DNA from: Phycisphaerae bacterium
Lineage (GTDB): Bacteria > Planctomycetota > Phycisphaerae > WQYP01
NCBI GenBank assembly: GCA_035545015.1
Contig: DASZZD010000059.1
Coordinates: 58,864-122,863 of the forward strand
Direction of reading: 5' to 3'
Length of the DNA: 64,000 nt
This document shows, in pieces, positions 37,339-49,994 of the stretch (the stretch's first letter is position 1; each line of letters opens with the position of its first letter). The translations under genes were made by a program, and so were the position numbers. Below the pieces are notes generated by a model. The model was not told the DNA's origin, did not search any database, and saw only the letters and a list, made by a program, of their open reading frames with translations.

Positions 37339-40300
37339 AATGCGCGCCGACGACACGCAAACTCCGCACGACCATGAGGCCGAAGAACCGGTCTGGGAGA
37401 CCTGGCGCGAAGAATTCGCGCCCGGCGCCACCGACGCCGCTGCCGCCGCCTTCGATCGCCGCACGTTCATGAAGTTGACGGCCGCCAGCGCCGCGCTCGC
37501 CGCCGGCGCAGGCGCGCTCGGCGGATGCGAAGAACCCCAGCCCCCCGAAAAAATCGTCCCCTACGTCAACGCCCCCGAAGGCGTTATCCCCGGCGTGCCC
37601 GCCTTCTACGCCAGCGCCCTCACTATCGACGGCTGGGGATACGGCGTCATCGTCGAACAGCACGAAGGACGCCCCACCAAGGTCGAAGGCAATCCCGATC
37701 ACCCCTCCTCCCTCGGCGGCACCAACATCTTCGTGCAGGCCTCCATCCTCCAGCTTTACGATCCCGATCGCTCCCGCACGCTCCTCAAACTCGGCGGCTC
37801 CGACACCTGGGGCAATTTCCTCGAAGACCTCCGCCCCCACCTCGCCGACAAGAACGTCCGCATCCGCATCCTCACCCCCACCGTCACCTCCCACACCCTC
37901 GCCGACCAGATCGCCACCCTGCAAAAATCATTTCCCAACCTGCGCTGGCACCGCCACGATGGCCTGGGTACCAGCAACCGCTCCGCCGGCCTGCGCCAGA
38001 TCGCCGGCAACACCCCCCTCACCCCGGTCTACGATTTCACCAGGGCCCGCCGTGTCGTGTCGCTCGACGCCCATTTCCTCTTCGACGAGCCCGGCTCCAT
38101 CCGCTACGCGCGCGAAGTCGCCCAGCAACGCCGCATCCCCTTCAAAGACTTCGGCCCGCTCCCCACGCACCACGATCCCGCCAAACCCGTGCCGCGAAAT
38201 CTGCCCAAAGCCGACGATCTGCTCCGCCTGTACGTTGCCGAAAGCGCGATCACCTTCACCGGCGCCCGCGCCGATCACCGCCTGCCGACCAAAGCCGGCG
38301 ACATCCCCGCCCTCGCCGCCGGTCTCGCCCGCGCGCTGCAAAACCAAGACAGTCATCTCACCGGCGATCAGGCCGACTGGGTGCGCGCCGCTGCCGCGGA
38401 CCTCCAAAAAGCCGGCGACGCTTCCCTCATTCTCGTCGGCGAAAATCAGCCGCCCGAAGTCCACGCCCTCGCCCACGCGCTCAACGCCCAGCTCCAAAGC
38501 AAAGCCGTCCGCTACCTCCAACGCGTCGATTTCTCCGATGCCCGCAACCCCGACGATTCCCTCGCCGCCCTCGCCGACGATATGCACAAAGGCGATGTCG
38601 ATCTCCTCTTCATCCTCGATTGCAATCCCGTCTACACCTCCCTCGGCGACATCAACTTCGGCGACATGCTCGAACGCTATTCCAAATCCGGCCGCCTCGC
38701 CGTTCACCTCGGCCTCTACAGCGACGAAACCGCCGGCTACTGCCACTGGCACGTCCCGCTCTCCCATCCGCTCGAAGCCTGGGGCGATTGCCGCGGACAC
38801 GACGGCACCGCCTCCATCATCCAGCCGCTCATCCAACCCCTCTGGGCCAGCAAAAGCGCCATCGAATTCCTCGCCGGCCTCATCGCGCTCTCCGGAGGCT
38901 CCATCTCCGACCTCTACGCCAACGGCTACGACCTCGTCCGCCGCTACTGGCTCCCCACATGGAACGGTTCCGCCGGCGAGAAAGAGATGCGCTGGCGCAA
39001 GGCCCTCCGCGATGGCATCCTCCCCGATACCGCCGCCAAAGAAGTTCCCAACGTTCAAAACGCCCTGCGCAGCGCCCTCGCCCAAACCCTCGCCGCCGTC
39101 GATCGCCTCCCTCCCGCGCCCAAGCTTGAAATGAATTTCCGCCCCGATCCCTCCATCGGCGATGGCACGTGGGCCAACCACCCCTGGCTCCAGGAACTCC
39201 CCAAGCCCATCAACCGCATCACCTGGGACACGCCCCTCCTCATCAGCCCCAAAACCGCGCGCGATCTCCACCTCGCCGACACCGCCGAGCACAAAAACCG
39301 TGAACTCGGACCCATGGCCCGCTTCTCCCTCAACGGCTACGAGCAGGATGTCCCCGTCTGGGTCCAGCCTGGACAGCCCGATGACACCGTCACCGTCTAT
39401 CTCGGCGGCGGACGCTGGCGCGGCGGACACGTCCAATACAACATCGGCATCAACGTCAACCCCATGCGCACGCGCGACAATGCCTGGTCCGCCCCCATCT
39501 CCCTCGCCAAGGGCCCCAATCGTCACTCCGTCGCCTGCGTGCAAAACAGCCAGATCCTCGCCGACCGCGAAATCATCCACACCACTACCGTCGACGATCT
39601 CCCCAAAGCCGGCGGCCTCCACGCGCCCGATCTCTACGGCACCCAGACCGACTCCAACGGCCGCAAAGTCCACCTCTCCCTCTACGATGAAGACCGCTAC
39701 ACCGGCTACAAGTGGGGCATGGTCGTCGACCTCGCCGCCTGCATCGGCTGCAACGCCTGCGTCATCGCCTGCCAGGCCGAAAACAACATCCCCACCGTCG
39801 GCCGCGAGCAGGTCCTCCGCGCCCGCGAAATGCAATGGCTCCGCATCGACGCCTACTTCGGCAAAAAAGACACCCTCACCGCCGACGAACTGCCCCCCAA
39901 CCCGCGCATCCTCTTCCAGCCCATGATGTGCCAGCACTGCGAAGACGCCCCCTGCGAGCTCGTCTGCCCCGTCGGCGCCACCACCCACTCCAGCGAAGGC
40001 ATCAACGAGATGACCTACAACCGCTGCGTCGGCACGCGCTATTGCTCCAACAACTGCCCCTACAAAGTCCGCCGCTTCAATTTCCTCCAGTACAACGCCC
40101 ACGGCGATCTCACCGAGGAAATGCAGAAGAATCCCAACGTCACGGTGCGCAGCCGTGGCGTCATGGAAAAATGCACCTACTGCATCCAGCGCATCAACAT
40201 GGCCCGGATCGACGCCAAGCGCGACTGGTCGCGCAACGATGCCGCCGGGAAACCCACCACCATGCGCCGCACCGCTGCCGACCCCTGGGCCCCGCCCGTC

Positions 40301-40558
40301 GCCCTTCCCCAACTCAGCGTCGTGACCGCCTGCCAGCAGGCTTGCCCCGCCGAAGCCATCATCTTCGGCGATCTCAACGACATCGACACCTACGCCGCCA
40401 TCCTCAAAACTCAGGAACCCTGGGCTGCCGTCAGCTTCGGCGTCTTCACCGAGCTCAATACCCAGCCGCGCACCAGCTATCTCCCGCGCATCGAAAACCC
40501 CAACCCCGATTTCCACGCCCCCTCCTCCGCCGCCCAGCAGGGAGGGAGCCTCCAATGA
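37339..40558 (+). CDS. actB: Alternative complex III subunit ActB (molybdopterin-oxidoreductase-like Fe-S protein)
   Basis: Tat signal DRRTFMKLTAASAALAAGAGA; ferredoxin motifs CIGCNACVIAC, CQHCEDAPCELVCP, CSNNCPYK; start MRADDT at 37339 within ORF 36563..40558. Confidence 0.85.
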
Positions 40559-42012
40559 CCACCCACCTCGTCCCCGCCTTCCCCGATGAGGATCGCCGCG
40601 ATCCCGACATCAATCCCCACTTCACCTACGCCACCGCCACCGACAAAATCACCGGCATCGTCCACCAGCCCGTCTCCGCCGCCTGGCTCTTCGGCTTCGG
40701 CATCTCCTTCCTCGGCCTCATGCTCTTCAACGTCGCCGTCACCTGGCTCCTCGTCTGGGGCATCGGCGAATGGGGCGTCGATATCCCCGTCGGATGGGGC
40801 CTCGCCATCACCAACTTCGTCTGGTGGATCGGCATCGGCCACGCCGGCACCTTCATCTCCGCCTTCCTCCTCCTCCTCCGCCAGGAATGGCGCACCAGCA
40901 TCAACCGCTTCGCCGAGGCCATGACCCTCTTCGCTGTCATGTGCGCCGGCATGTTCCCGCTCCTCCATCTCGGACGCCCCTGGCTCTTCTACTTCCTCTT
41001 CCCCTATCCCAACACCATGGACCTCTGGCCCCAGTTCCGCAGTCCCCTCATCTGGGACGTCTTCGCCGTCTCCACCTATTTCACCGTCTCCCTGGTCTTC
41101 TGGTATGTCGGCCTCATCCCCGATCTCGCCACCCTCCGCGATCAGAAAACCCGCTCCCTCCTCTCACGCAAAGTCTACGGCTTCCTCTCCCTCGGCTGGC
41201 GCGGCGCTTCCCGACACTGGCACCGCTATCACAAGGCCTACATCCTCCTCGCCGGCCTCGCCGCCCCGCTCGTCGTCTCCGTCCACTCCGTCGTCGGTAT
41301 GGATTTCGCCGGCGGTATCGTCCCCGGCTGGCATTCCACCATCTTCCCTCCTTACTTCGTCGCCGGGGCCATTTACTCCGGCTTCGCCATGGTCGTCACC
41401 CTCGCCGTCCCCATGCGCGCCTTCTTCGGCCTCCAGGGCATGATCACCACCAAGCACCTCGATAACTGCGCCAAGCTCATGCTCGTCACCGGTCTCATCG
41501 TCTGTTACGGCTACTACACCGAAACCTTCCAGGGCTGGTACTCCGGCTCCCCTTACGAAATCGGCATGATGCGCGACCGCTGGTTCGGTCCCTACTGGCC
41601 CGCCTGGTGGCTCATCGTCTTTTGCAACTGCGTCGTCCCCCAGTTCTTCTGGTCCTATCGCATCCGCCGCTCCCCCTGGATCCTCTTCCTGTTGTCCAAT
41701 CTGATTCAATTAGGCATGTGGCTCGAACGCTTCGTCATCGTCTGCCAGTCCCTCCACCACGAATACCTCCCCTCCAAGTGGGCCATGTACTACCCCACCT
41801 TCTGGGATTGGGCCACCCTCGCCGGTACCCTCGGCCTCTTCTTCACCCTCTTCTTCCTCTTCTGCCGCTACCTCCCCGTCATCGCCGTCGCCGAAATCCG
41901 CGAGCTCGTCCACCGCAAAGCCGCCGGTGAAGGCACCGCCGCCGCCGTCCGACAGGTCGGCATGGCGCCTCCCTGGAACGATCCCCAGCGGGAGGTGAAC
42001 GCCCGTGAGTAA
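40555..42012 (+). CDS. actC: Alternative complex III subunit ActC (NrfD/PsrC-like membrane quinol-binding subunit)
   Basis: ATGA overlap with actB; ~10 TM helices; NrfD-like WLFGFGISFLG...GWGLAITNFVWWIGIGHAGT. Confidence 0.85.
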   Translation: MTTHLVPAFPDEDRRDPDINPHFTYATATDKITGIVHQPVSAAWLFGFGISFLGLMLFNVAVTWLLVWGIGEWGVDIPVGWGLAITNFVWWIGIGHAGTFISAFLLLLRQEWRTSINRFAEAMTLFAVMCAGMFPLLHLGRPWLFYFLFPYPNTMDLWPQFRSPLIWDVFAVSTYFTVSLVFWYVGLIPDLATLRDQKTRSLLSRKVYGFLSLGWRGASRHWHRYHKAYILLAGLAAPLVVSVHSVVGMDFAGGIVPGWHSTIFPPYFVAGAIYSGFAMVVTLAVPMRAFFGLQGMITTKHLDNCAKLMLVTGLIVCYGYYTETFQGWYSGSPYEIGMMRDRWFGPYWPAWWLIVFCNCVVPQFFWSYRIRRSPWILFLLSNLIQLGMWLERFVIVCQSLHHEYLPSKWAMYYPTFWDWATLAGTLGLFFTLFFLFCRYLPVIAVAEIRELVHRKAAGEGTAAAVRQVGMAPPWNDPQREVNARE

Positions 42013-42547
42013 GCATGTCCCCAAAATCTACGGCATCGTCGGCGAATTCTCCTCCGCCGACGCCATCCTCGATGCCGCCAAACACGCCACCGAGGCCGGA
42101 TACACCCACGCCGAAGCCTATACCCCCTTCCCCGTCGAAGGCCTCGCCGAAGCCCTCGATTTTCATCACTCCCCCGTCGCCTTCCTGACGCTCATCGCCG
42201 GAATCCTCGGCGGCGCCACCGGCTTCTTCATGTGCTGGTACGCCAACGTCATCAGCTACGCCTGGGATGTCGGCGGACGCCCGCGCAACTCCTGGCCCGC
42301 CTGGATCCCCATCACCTTCGAACTCACCGTCCTCTTCGCCGCCCTCACCGCCGCCATCTCCATGATCGCCCTCAACGGCCTCCCGCGCCTCCACCACCCC
42401 ATCTTCGAAACCCCCCACTTCACCGACGCCTCCCGCGACCGCTTCTTCCTCTGCATCGAAGCCAAAGACCCCAAATTCACCCCCGAATCCGCTACCACCT
42501 TCCTCCACCACCAGGGCGCCCTCGCCGTCTCGGAGGTGATGGAATGA
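42005..42547 (+). CDS. actD: Alternative complex III subunit ActD (DUF3341)
   Basis: IYGIVGEFSSADAILDAAKHATEAGYTHAEAYTPFPVEGL plus 2 TM helices; overlaps actC and actE. Confidence 0.8.
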   Translation: MSKHVPKIYGIVGEFSSADAILDAAKHATEAGYTHAEAYTPFPVEGLAEALDFHHSPVAFLTLIAGILGGATGFFMCWYANVISYAWDVGGRPRNSWPAWIPITFELTVLFAALTAAISMIALNGLPRLHHPIFETPHFTDASRDRFFLCIEAKDPKFTPESATTFLHHQGALAVSEVME

Positions 42548-43200
42548 GGCTGGAAAAATACAAAAACCAAATCCTCTTGCCCCCGCACCTCCATTGCTGC
42601 TCTTCGTGGCCCTTCGTGTTCCTCGTGTTCTTCGTGCTGAACGTCGTCGGCTGCAAGCGCCAGGACATGGCCGACCAGGCCCGCTTCAAACCCTTCGCAC
42701 CCAGCAGCTTCTATCCCGATGGCGCTTCCGCCCGCCTCCCCGTCCCCCACACCGTCTCCCGCAGTACCCCCGACATCAACCTCGACGAAGGCCAGCTCTG
42801 GCAAACCGCTCTCCCCCTCACCACCCCCGCTCCCTTCCCCATCACCCCCGCCGATCTCCGCCGCGGACAGCAGGTCTTCACCATCTACTGCACCCCTTGC
42901 CACGGCCAGCTTGGCGACGGCAACGGCATGATCCCCCAGCGCGGCTTCCTCCACCCGCCCACCTACCACTCCGACCGTCTCCGCAACGCCCCCGACGCCT
43001 ACTTCTACAACGTCATCACCAACGGCATCGGCGCCATGTACCCCTACGCCGACCGCGTCGCCCCCGATGACCGCTGGCGCGTCGTCGCCTACATCCGCGC
43101 CCTGCAACTCAGCCAGTACGCCCCTCCCCAGGACGCCCCCGGCGCCGCCCCAACCGCAACCGCCCCAGCAACCGGCAACGGTAGGGGGGCTACGCCATGA
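42544..43200 (+). CDS. actE: Alternative complex III subunit ActE (monoheme cytochrome c lipoprotein)
   Basis: ATGA overlap; lipobox NVVGC; single CTPCHG heme motif. Confidence 0.8.
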   Translation: MRLEKYKNQILLPPHLHCCSSWPFVFLVFFVLNVVGCKRQDMADQARFKPFAPSSFYPDGASARLPVPHTVSRSTPDINLDEGQLWQTALPLTTPAPFPITPADLRRGQQVFTIYCTPCHGQLGDGNGMIPQRGFLHPPTYHSDRLRNAPDAYFYNVITNGIGAMYPYADRVAPDDRWRVVAYIRALQLSQYAPPQDAPGAAPTATAPATGNGRGATP

Positions 43201-44393
43201 TGCGCCGCAACCCCATCGCCATCTTCCTCCCCCTCCTCATCGGCATCGCCGCCGGCATCGCCTGCCTCATCGCCGCGCTCAATCCCGCCACCCGCACCGA
43301 TTTCTTCGTCGCCTATCTCTTCGCCTGCTGGTTCTGGCTCGGCATCTCCCTGGGCGCGCTGGTCATGCCCATGCTCCACACCCTCACCGGCGGCGAGTGG
43401 GGCCGCGCCGTCCGACGCATCGGCGAAGCCGCCTCCCTCGTCACACCCCTCATGCTCATCCTCTGGATCCCCCTCGCCTTCGGCCTCCCGCACCTCTTCG
43501 TCTGGGCCAACCCCGATATCGTCGCTAAAGAAACCGTCCTCCAGCACCGCACCCCCTACCTCAACGTCCCCTTCTTCCTCCTCCGCACCGCCGGCTACTT
43601 CGCCATCTGGATCGCCCTGGTCTTCATCCAGTTCACACTCTCCCGCAAGGTCGAACGCACCGGCAATGAGCACACCCGCTCCGCCCTCCGCGGTTGGTCC
43701 GCCGCCGGCCTCATCATCTACCTCATGACCATGACCCACGCCTCCTACGACTGGCTCATGTCCCGCGACATCGACTTCTACTCCACCACCTACGGCTTCG
43801 TCATCACCACCGGACAAACCCTCGCTGGCCTCGCCTTCATCACCCTCATCCTCGCCTTCGTCGGCCGCCACGAAAAACCCCACCCCCTCGCCCTCTCCAC
43901 CAAACGAGGCATCCTCATCGACGTCGGCAACATCCTCCTCACCCTCGTCATCCTCTGGACCTACGTCACCTTCATGCAGCTCCTCGTCATCTGGATGGGA
44001 AACACCGGCGAAGACAACAACTACTTCCTCCAACGCGGCCTCGGCCAGCCCTCCCCCTGGCGCTGGATCGGCCTGGCCATCATCCTCCTCCATTTCTTTG
44101 TCCCCTTCTTCCTCCTGCTCTTCCGCGGCGCCAAGGGATATCTCCCCGCCCTCACCTCCATCGCCGCCGTCCTCTTCCTGATCCACTTCGTCGAAGTCTT
44201 CTGGCTCATCGCTCCCTCCGGCGAGCACAAAGGCCCCGTCTTCCATCTCGCCTGGGTAGATTTCGTCGCGCCCGTCGCCGTCGGAGGCCTCTGGCTTGCA
44301 CTCTTCTTCTTCCTCCTCCCCGAACGACTCGCCGCCGCCGCCGCCGCTATCAACAATCCGCCTCCCGCCGAAAGCGAGGTGGCCCATGCCTGA
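43197..44393 (+). CDS. actF: Alternative complex III subunit ActF (second NrfD-like membrane subunit)
   Basis: ATGA overlap; ~10 TM, NrfD-like. Confidence 0.8.
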   Translation: MMRRNPIAIFLPLLIGIAAGIACLIAALNPATRTDFFVAYLFACWFWLGISLGALVMPMLHTLTGGEWGRAVRRIGEAASLVTPLMLILWIPLAFGLPHLFVWANPDIVAKETVLQHRTPYLNVPFFLLRTAGYFAIWIALVFIQFTLSRKVERTGNEHTRSALRGWSAAGLIIYLMTMTHASYDWLMSRDIDFYSTTYGFVITTGQTLAGLAFITLILAFVGRHEKPHPLALSTKRGILIDVGNILLTLVILWTYVTFMQLLVIWMGNTGEDNNYFLQRGLGQPSPWRWIGLAIILLHFFVPFFLLLFRGAKGYLPALTSIAAVLFLIHFVEVFWLIAPSGEHKGPVFHLAWVDFVAPVAVGGLWLALFFFLLPERLAAAAAAINNPPPAESEVAHA

Positions 44394-44898
44394 CGCCCCA
44401 CGCCCCGCCCCCGCCTCCATCCACGCAGGTCACGAACTCAAAGGCGTCGCCCACCGCGGCATCGGTATCTTCATCCTCTGGTTCTTCGGCACCGCCGTCG
44501 CCCTCTTCATCCTCCTCTGGCTCTTCCTCGCCTACGAAGTCCACCGCGAATCTCGCAATGAGGCCGGCCCCTTCGCCCTCGGAACCGACCGCCCCACCAC
44601 CCTCCCTCAGCCCCTCCAGCCCAGTATCGCCCGCAACGTCCTCCCCTGGCAGGACCTCCCCCCGCTCCGTGACGGCCAGCTCCAACACCTTAATTCCGCC
44701 GGCCCCATCCCCGGTGACCCCGCCCACGTCCACATCCCTATCGACCACGCCATGCAGCTCTTCCTCCAACACGGCGGCCTGAGCACCAAACCCAACCCCG
44801 CCGCCACCACCCCCGCCTCCCCCCCCCGCTCCGCCGAAACCCAACCCTGGATCATCCCCAACCAGGACCGCCCACGCACTGTGGAGAACCGCACATGA
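44386..44898 (+). CDS. Small single-TM membrane protein (possible ActG-like subunit)
   Basis: Start MPDAPRP at 44386, overlapping the actF stop; one TM (GIGIFILWFFGTAVALFILLWLFLAY); position matches ActG of some ACIII operons. Confidence 0.45.
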   Translation: MPDAPRPAPASIHAGHELKGVAHRGIGIFILWFFGTAVALFILLWLFLAYEVHRESRNEAGPFALGTDRPTTLPQPLQPSIARNVLPWQDLPPLRDGQLQHLNSAGPIPGDPAHVHIPIDHAMQLFLQHGGLSTKPNPAATTPASPPRSAETQPWIIPNQDRPRTVENRT

Positions 44899-45848
44899 CC
44901 CGCGTCAGCGCAATTACCCATTACCATTTACCAATTACCAAAACGCTCCTCGCGCTGACCCTCCTCCTCGCCGCCGCCCTCCCCCTGCGCGCCGAAGTCC
45001 CCACCGCCTCCACCCGCCCCGCCCAGCTCGACGGCGTCAAAATCATCCAGCTCCTCGGCCACAAAGTCCCCGGCGATATCCAGTTCCACGACGAACACGG
45101 CAACACCGTCACCCTCGCACAACTCCAGTCCGGACGCCCCGTCGTCCTCGCCCTCGTCTACTTCTCCTGCCCCGCCCTCTGCACCGTCATCCTCAACGAC
45201 ATGCTCTCCACCCTCAAGGTCATGCCCCTCACCCTCGGCAAAGATTACGACGTCTGGACCATCAGCTTCGATCCCCGCGAAACCCCCGCCGTCGCCTCCG
45301 CCAAGCACGACGAATACGTCCGCGCCTACGACCACACCAAATACTTCGGCAACGCCGCACCCCTCGGCAACACCGGCGCCAACTGGCATTTCCTCACCGG
45401 CGACCAGGCCAACATCACACGCCTCACCCAGGCCGTCGGCTTCCATTACAAATGGGACAACGCCTCCCAGCAGTTCTATCATCCCGCCGGCCTCACCATC
45501 CTCTCCCCCGACCGCACCATCTCCCGCTATTTCTTCGGCGTCAATTTCGAACCCACCGATCTCCGCCTCTCCCTCGACGAAGCCGCCCACGGAAAAGTCG
45601 GCTCCATCACCGACACCATCCTCCTCTGCTGCTATCACTACGATCCCACCACCGGCCGCTACGGCCTCGCCGTCGTACGCCTCCTCCAGATCTTCGGCGC
45701 GCTGACCATCCTCGTCATCGGCGGCGGCCTCGCTTACCTCTTCCACATCGACCGCCGACGCACCAGGGCGCTCCTCCCAGCCTCCACACGCTCCGCCCGC
45801 ACCTCCGTCAGCCTCGGATCGCCCGCGCCGGGGAGGCCCTATGAATAA
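44895..45848 (+). CDS. sco1: SCO1/SenC copper chaperone (thioredoxin-like)
   Basis: CPALC (CxxxC) motif with downstream His, signal peptide; 5' end overlaps the heptamer-repeat array, so the start is uncertain. Confidence 0.75.
   Translation: MTRVSAITHYHLPITKTLLALTLLLAAALPLRAEVPTASTRPAQLDGVKIIQLLGHKVPGDIQFHDEHGNTVTLAQLQSGRPVVLALVYFSCPALCTVILNDMLSTLKVMPLTLGKDYDVWTISFDPRETPAVASAKHDEYVRAYDHTKYFGNAAPLGNTGANWHFLTGDQANITRLTQAVGFHYKWDNASQQFYHPAGLTILSPDRTISRYFFGVNFEPTDLRLSLDEAAHGKVGSITDTILLCCYHYDPTTGRYGLAVVRLLQIFGALTILVIGGGLAYLFHIDRRRTRALLPASTRSARTSVSLGSPAPGRPYE
44911..44943. repeat. CAATTAC heptamer tandem array (copy 1, at the 5' end of sco1)
   Basis: caattac-ccattac-catttac-caattac-caaaacg. Confidence 0.6.
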
Positions 45849-46809
45849 CGGCTTCCATCTCGTCCCCCCGCGCGCCTCCACGATGGCTTACCACATCGAC
45901 AGCCTCGTGCTGTTCCTCCTCTGCGTCACCGCCTTCTTCACCATCCTCATCTTCACCCTCATCATCGTCTTCGTCGTCAAGTACCGCCGCAAACACCCCT
46001 CCGACATCGGCAAAAATATCGGCGACCACCACTGGCTCGAATGGACCTGGATCATCATCCCCTCCCTCATCGAAGTCGTTATGTTCGTCTGGGGCGCAGC
46101 TCTCTACATCCGCATGTCACGACCCCCCGCCAACGCGCTCGAAATCCAGGTCATCGGCAAACAGTGGATGTGGAAAATCCAGCACCCCTCAGGCCGCAAG
46201 GAAATCGACGAACTCCACGTCCCCGTCGGTCGCCCCATCAAGCTCGTCATGACCTCCCAGGATGTCATCCACTCCTTCTTCATCCCCGACTTCCGCATCA
46301 AACAGGATGTCGTCCCCGGACGCTATTCCACCGAGTGGTTCACCCCTACCCAGATTGGACAGTACCACCTCTTCTGCTCCGAATACTGCGGCACCGGCCA
46401 CGCCAGCATGGCCGGCCGCGTCGTCGTCATGTCCCCCGGCGACTACGCCAAGTGGGAAGCCGACGTCCCCCTCGACCAGTCCCCCGAAGCCTCCGGCGCC
46501 AAGCTCTTCCTCCAGTACGGCTGCATGACCTGCCACGGCCAGCAGGCCCCCTCCCTCGCCGGCATCTACGGCCGCCAGCAAACCATGTCCACCGGCGAAG
46601 TCGTCACCGTCGATGACAACTACCTCCGCGAATCCATCCTCAACTCCCGCGCCAAAATCGTCGCCGGATACCCCCCCGTCATGCCCGGCTATCAAGGCCA
46701 ACTCTCCGAAGAACAGGTCATGGACCTCATCTCCTACATCAAATCCCTCAAAGGCGCCGCCACCCCCCCCGCCCCCAACCTCCCCCAAAACGGAGGAAGC
46801 CCGCCATGA
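45841..46809 (+). CDS. coxB: Cytochrome c oxidase subunit II with C-terminal cytochrome c domain (caa3-type)
   Basis: CuA site HSFFIPDF...[12 protein letters not shown] plus CMTCHG heme c domain; 2 TM. Confidence 0.9.
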   Translation: MNNGFHLVPPRASTMAYHIDSLVLFLLCVTAFFTILIFTLIIVFVVKYRRKHPSDIGKNIGDHHWLEWTWIIIPSLIEVVMFVWGAALYIRMSRPPANALEIQVIGKQWMWKIQHPSGRKEIDELHVPVGRPIKLVMTSQDVIHSFFIPDFRIKQDVVPGRYSTEWFTPTQIGQYHLFCSEYCGTGHASMAGRVVVMSPGDYAKWEADVPLDQSPEASGAKLFLQYGCMTCHGQQAPSLAGIYGRQQTMSTGEVVTVDDNYLRESILNSRAKIVAGYPPVMPGYQGQLSEEQVMDLISYIKSLKGAATPPAPNLPQNGGSPP

Positions 46810-46831
46810 TCCGCCCAAGCGCATCGAAGTC

Positions 46832-46865
46832 CCAATTACCAATTACCAATTACTCAATTACTTCG
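46832..46865. repeat. CCAATTA heptamer tandem array (copy 2, coxB-ctaD intergenic)
   Basis: ccaatta-ccaatta-ccaatta-ctcaatta-cttcg; the 20-mer ccaattactcaattacttcg matches the right arm at 50964-50983. Confidence 0.65.
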
Positions 46866-46873
46866 AGCCTGCT

Positions 46874-48559
<1,686 letters not shown>

Positions 48560-48560
48560 C

Positions 48561-48593
48561 CCAATTGCCAATTACCAATTACCAATTACTTCC
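48561..48593. repeat. CCAATTA heptamer tandem array (copy 3, ctaD-coxC intergenic)
   Basis: ccaattg-ccaatta-ccaatta-ccaatta-cttcc. Confidence 0.65.
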
Positions 48594-48608
48594 CTCGAAC
48601 GGTGCAAA

Positions 48609-49247
48609 ATGACCAGCACCCCCTTCATCCACCACCAGTTCGACGACGCGCTCCAGCAACGCGAAGCCGCCACCCTCGGCATGTGGACCTTCCTCGCCAC
48701 CGAAGTCCTCTTCTTCGGCGGTCTCATGATGTCCTACGTCATCTACCGCTACACCTGGCCCGAAGCCTGGGTCGAAGGCTCCCACCACCTCAAGGAATAC
48801 CTCGGGGCCACCAACACCGGCGTCCTCCTCACCTCCTCCCTCACCGTCGCACTCGCCGTCCACTTCACCCAGCTCAAAGCCCGCATCCCCACCCTCGTCT
48901 GCCTCATCCTCACCCTCATCCTCGGCCTCTGCTTCCTCGGCATCAAAGGCACCGAATACGTCATCGAATATCACGAGCACCTCATCCCCGCCATCGACTA
49001 CCACCCCACCGACGTCATCGACATCCGTCACGTCCAGCTCTTCATGCTCTTCTACTTCCTCATGACCCTCCTCCACGCCACCCACATGACCGTCGGCATT
49101 GGCCTGCTCGTCTTCCTCATCATCCAGGTCTCCCGCGGCCGCTACGTCGACGGCAACCCCAACCACGTCGAAATCATCGGCCTCTACTGGCACTTCGTCG
49201 ACCTCGTCTGGATCTTCCTCTTCCCACTCCTCTATCTGGTGAGATGA
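48609..49247 (+). CDS. coxC: Cytochrome c oxidase subunit III
   Basis: 5-TM subunit III pattern ([18 protein letters not shown]...[14 protein letters not shown]...[19 protein letters not shown]). Confidence 0.9.
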   Translation: MTSTPFIHHQFDDALQQREAATLGMWTFLATEVLFFGGLMMSYVIYRYTWPEAWVEGSHHLKEYLGATNTGVLLTSSLTVALAVHFTQLKARIPTLVCLILTLILGLCFLGIKGTEYVIEYHEHLIPAIDYHPTDVIDIRHVQLFMLFYFLMTLLHATHMTVGIGLLVFLIIQVSRGRYVDGNPNHVEIIGLYWHFVDLVWIFLFPLLYLVR

Positions 49248-49648
49248 TGTCCGAGGAATCCCACAAAATCATCACCATACCCTGGATGTTCATCGTCTAC
49301 ATCGCCCTCATGATCCTCCTCGGATCCACCATCCTCGCCGCACATTTCACCATCGGCGCCCTCGGCCTCCTCATCGCCCTCATCATCGCCGCCACCAAGG
49401 CCTTCCTCGTCATCCTCTATTACATGCACATCCGCGTCGAATCCCGAACCACCTGGATCTTCGTCGGCGCCGGATTCATCTGGCTCACCATCATGATCTG
49501 CCTCACCGCCGGCGACTACGTCACACGCCCCTGGCTCGCACGCACCGACGAAGTCAACCCCCACGAATCCATGATCATCCCCCCGCCCCCTGGCATGCGC
49601 CGCCAACCCCCCCAATCCCCCACCATCATCCCCTTCCAAAACCGCTGA
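49244..49648 (+). CDS. caa3-type cytochrome oxidase subunit IV-like small membrane protein
   Basis: ATGA overlap with coxC; MMSEESHK start at 49244; three hydrophobic helices. Confidence 0.6.
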   Translation: MMSEESHKIITIPWMFIVYIALMILLGSTILAAHFTIGALGLLIALIIAATKAFLVILYYMHIRVESRTTWIFVGAGFIWLTIMICLTAGDYVTRPWLARTDEVNPHESMIIPPPPGMRRQPPQSPTIIPFQNR

Positions 49649-49796
49649 ATCTAAAACTATTCATTCGTGTCAATGTGTATGACTATCTCAAAACTCCTCC
49701 CTTCGCCCACAAGATCGTCCCGCCGCAATCCCATCATCGGCGTCCATCGGTCGTCCCTCGCCAGCCACATCCCGCTCCCTCCAATCCTCCCACCTC

Positions 49797-49943
49797 CATT
49801 CGTGTAAATTCGTGCACATTCGTGGACACTTCCCGTCGTCGTCCCCTTTCGTGTTCTTCGTGCCTTTCGTGGCCATTTACGTCGTCGTCGGGGGAGGTGG
49901 GGGGGACCCGCCGTCGTCCTCCGTGCCCTCCGTGCGCTCCGTG
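49797..49943. repeat. Periodic YTCGTG direct-repeat array (3 blocks of 3 units, 9-10 bp period) interleaved with CGTCGTCGTC motifs, upstream of the FNT gene
   Basis: cattcgtg/taaattcgtg/cacattcgtg ... tttcgtg/ttcttcgtg/cctttcgtg ... cctccgtg/ccctccgtg/cgctccgtg, with ccgtcgtcgtcc, acgtcgtcgtcg and ccgtcgtcct spacers. Confidence 0.7.
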
Positions 49944-49994
49944 GTTAACTTTTAATTGCCGCCTCGCCCCGACATGAACTTTCGTGGAGCGGTT

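Noticed and set aside
37928-40555. 875-aa Gly-rich minus-strand ORF
   Set aside because: Antisense shadow of actB
36563-40558. 1331-aa ORF annotated as a single unit
   Set aside because: The first ~260 codons are an alternative frame over actA; the real actB starts at the Met at 37339 (Tat signal)
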